From contig NW_013657628.1 of assembly GCF_000142905.1 (NCBI RefSeq), positions 122,553 through 166,516 of the forward strand: 43,964 nucleotides of DNA, read 5' to 3'. Position numbers and translations under genes: made by a program. Each line of letters opens with the position of its first letter. The first letter of the stretch is position 1. This document shows positions 42,769-43,964 of the stretch, in pieces. A model generated the notes under the pieces. That model saw only the letters and a program-made list of their open reading frames with translations. It ran no database searches and was not told where the DNA came from. The DNA comes from Thecamonas trahens ATCC 50062 (lineage: Eukaryota; Protista; Apusomonadida).

Positions 42769-42969
42769 GTTGAGGGTGGGGTGGCAGTGGGTGAAGGGTG
42801 GGGTGGGGTGCGTGGGGTGGAGACCTGCCGAGTATTGCTGCGGTGGGGCGACGGGCAATGGCCGAGTGCGGGTGGACGGGAGACGGGGAGGAGAGGGAGG
42901 AGGGTGTATTGTGTGAAGAAGGGAACAGTTATCAAATGTTGTTGCCGGCCTCAAGAAGCGACGGACGAT

Positions 42970-43902
42970 CTAGTCGTCGGGATCCTGAATGCCGCCAGTG
43001 GCGATCTGGAAGACGGCCTCGGCCTCGGGCAGCGAGGGCGAGTCGTAGATCTTGAGCACGCGCTGGTCGCCACGGCCCTTGCGAAGGTACAACCTGGTAG
43101 TAGAGGCGTGGGCGATGATGTGGCCGCCGATCGGCTTCTTGGGGTCCGACGTGAACATGGCGGCACCATCGACCTGGGCAACAACCTGGTTGCAGATAAC
43201 GACGGCGCAGCCAAACTCATCGGCAACCCGAAGAAGGGTGCGGAGGAAGCGGGCAAGGTGCATCTGCCGCGCCGAGAGCTCGCCACGGCCCGAATAGTCG
43301 GTTCGGTACAGCGCCGTCGCCGAATCGACAATGAGGAGCGCAAAGCGCGAGTCGGCCATCAGCGCTGTCGCCTGGACCAGCAGCTGTGTCTGATGGTCGA
43401 CGTTGTACGCGCGGGCGTAGGCCACGTTGTCGAGCACGTCCTCACCGGGCAGGCCAAACCGCTCAGCAATCGCCACCAGGCGCTCCGGACGAAATGTGCC
43501 CTCGGTGTCGATGTACAGGCACTTGCCCTCGCCGCCGCCCGACGCCAGCGGCAGCTGGCACGTCACGGCCAGCGTGTGGCACAGCTGCGTCTTACCCGTC
43601 CGGAACTCGCCGAAGATCTCCACCAGCGAGCCGGTCTCAATTCCGCCGCCGAGAATGTTGTCCACCTCGGTCGAACCCGTTGTGATCTTAATCAGATCCT
43701 CGCGCTGCTTCGACACCTCGGTCGCCGTGCAGAACCCCATCGGGACAAGGCTCGCCGCCGCTGCAATGATCTTGTCGGCCTTGGCCTCGGAAATGCCCTT
43801 GACGTTGAGGAGCGTCTTCTTGGGCGTGAACGCCACGGCCTCTACCGTGTGAAACCCGCCCTCCACGAGCTTCTTGACGTCGGTGGCAGAGATACCTGCC
43901 GT
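42970..43902 (-). CDS. RAD51: RAD51 recombinase, second exon (body)
   Basis: C-rich tract plus cacacag acceptor (AG 43904-43903), phase 0; [21 protein letters not shown] Walker A, LLIVDS Walker [12 protein letters not shown]. Confidence 0.97.
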   Translation of the reverse strand, partial: TAGISATDVKKLVEGGFHTVEAVAFTPKKTLLNVKGISEAKADKIIAAAASLVPMGFCTATEVSKQREDLIKITTGSTEVDNILGGGIETGSLVEIFGEFRTGKTQLCHTLAVTCQLPLASGGGEGKCLYIDTEGTFRPERLVAIAERFGLPGEDVLDNVAYARAYNVDHQTQLLVQATALMADSRFALLIVDSATALYRTDYSGRGELSARQMHLARFLRTLLRVADEFGCAVVICNQVVAQVDGAAMFTSDPKKPIGGHIIAHASTTRLYLRKGRGDQRVLKIYDSPSLPEAEAVFQIATGGIQDPDD

Positions 43903-43964
43903 CTGTGTGTGTGTGGTGGGGGGTGGGGGGGGGGGGGCAAAAAAAAAGGGAAATTATATGGGTC

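Overview
GC-rich, gene-dense, intron-poor eukaryotic DNA with C-rich spliceosomal introns (GTAYGT donors) and two 100-N assembly gaps. The style suggests a unicellular amorphean protist, possibly the apusomonad Thecamonas (inference only). Genes: a PAK/STE20 kinase, an HRI-like eIF2alpha kinase, a DEDDh exonuclease, an amino-acid transporter, an SDR, tripeptidyl peptidase II, tRNA-Asn, an attractin/MEGF8-like protein, RPB1, a PX-TBC protein, a Cet1-type RNA triphosphatase, a Sushi-repeat multi-TM protein, a cNMP-binding protein and RAD51. Main finding: RAD51 appears split and out of order. A complete first coding exon with its donor (27156-27082, minus) lies about 16 kb downstream of the phase-compatible second exon (43902-42970, minus), with five genes between them. 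This points to trans-splicing or exon permutation, or else a duplication or misassembly. The orphan exon is followed by nested inverted repeats and could also splice in frame to RPB1. Other notable items: a candidate H/ACA snoRNA in a PAK intron, a 12-nt microexon inside the CRIB motif, and an RPB1 CTD that strictly alternates heptads with 9-10-mers.
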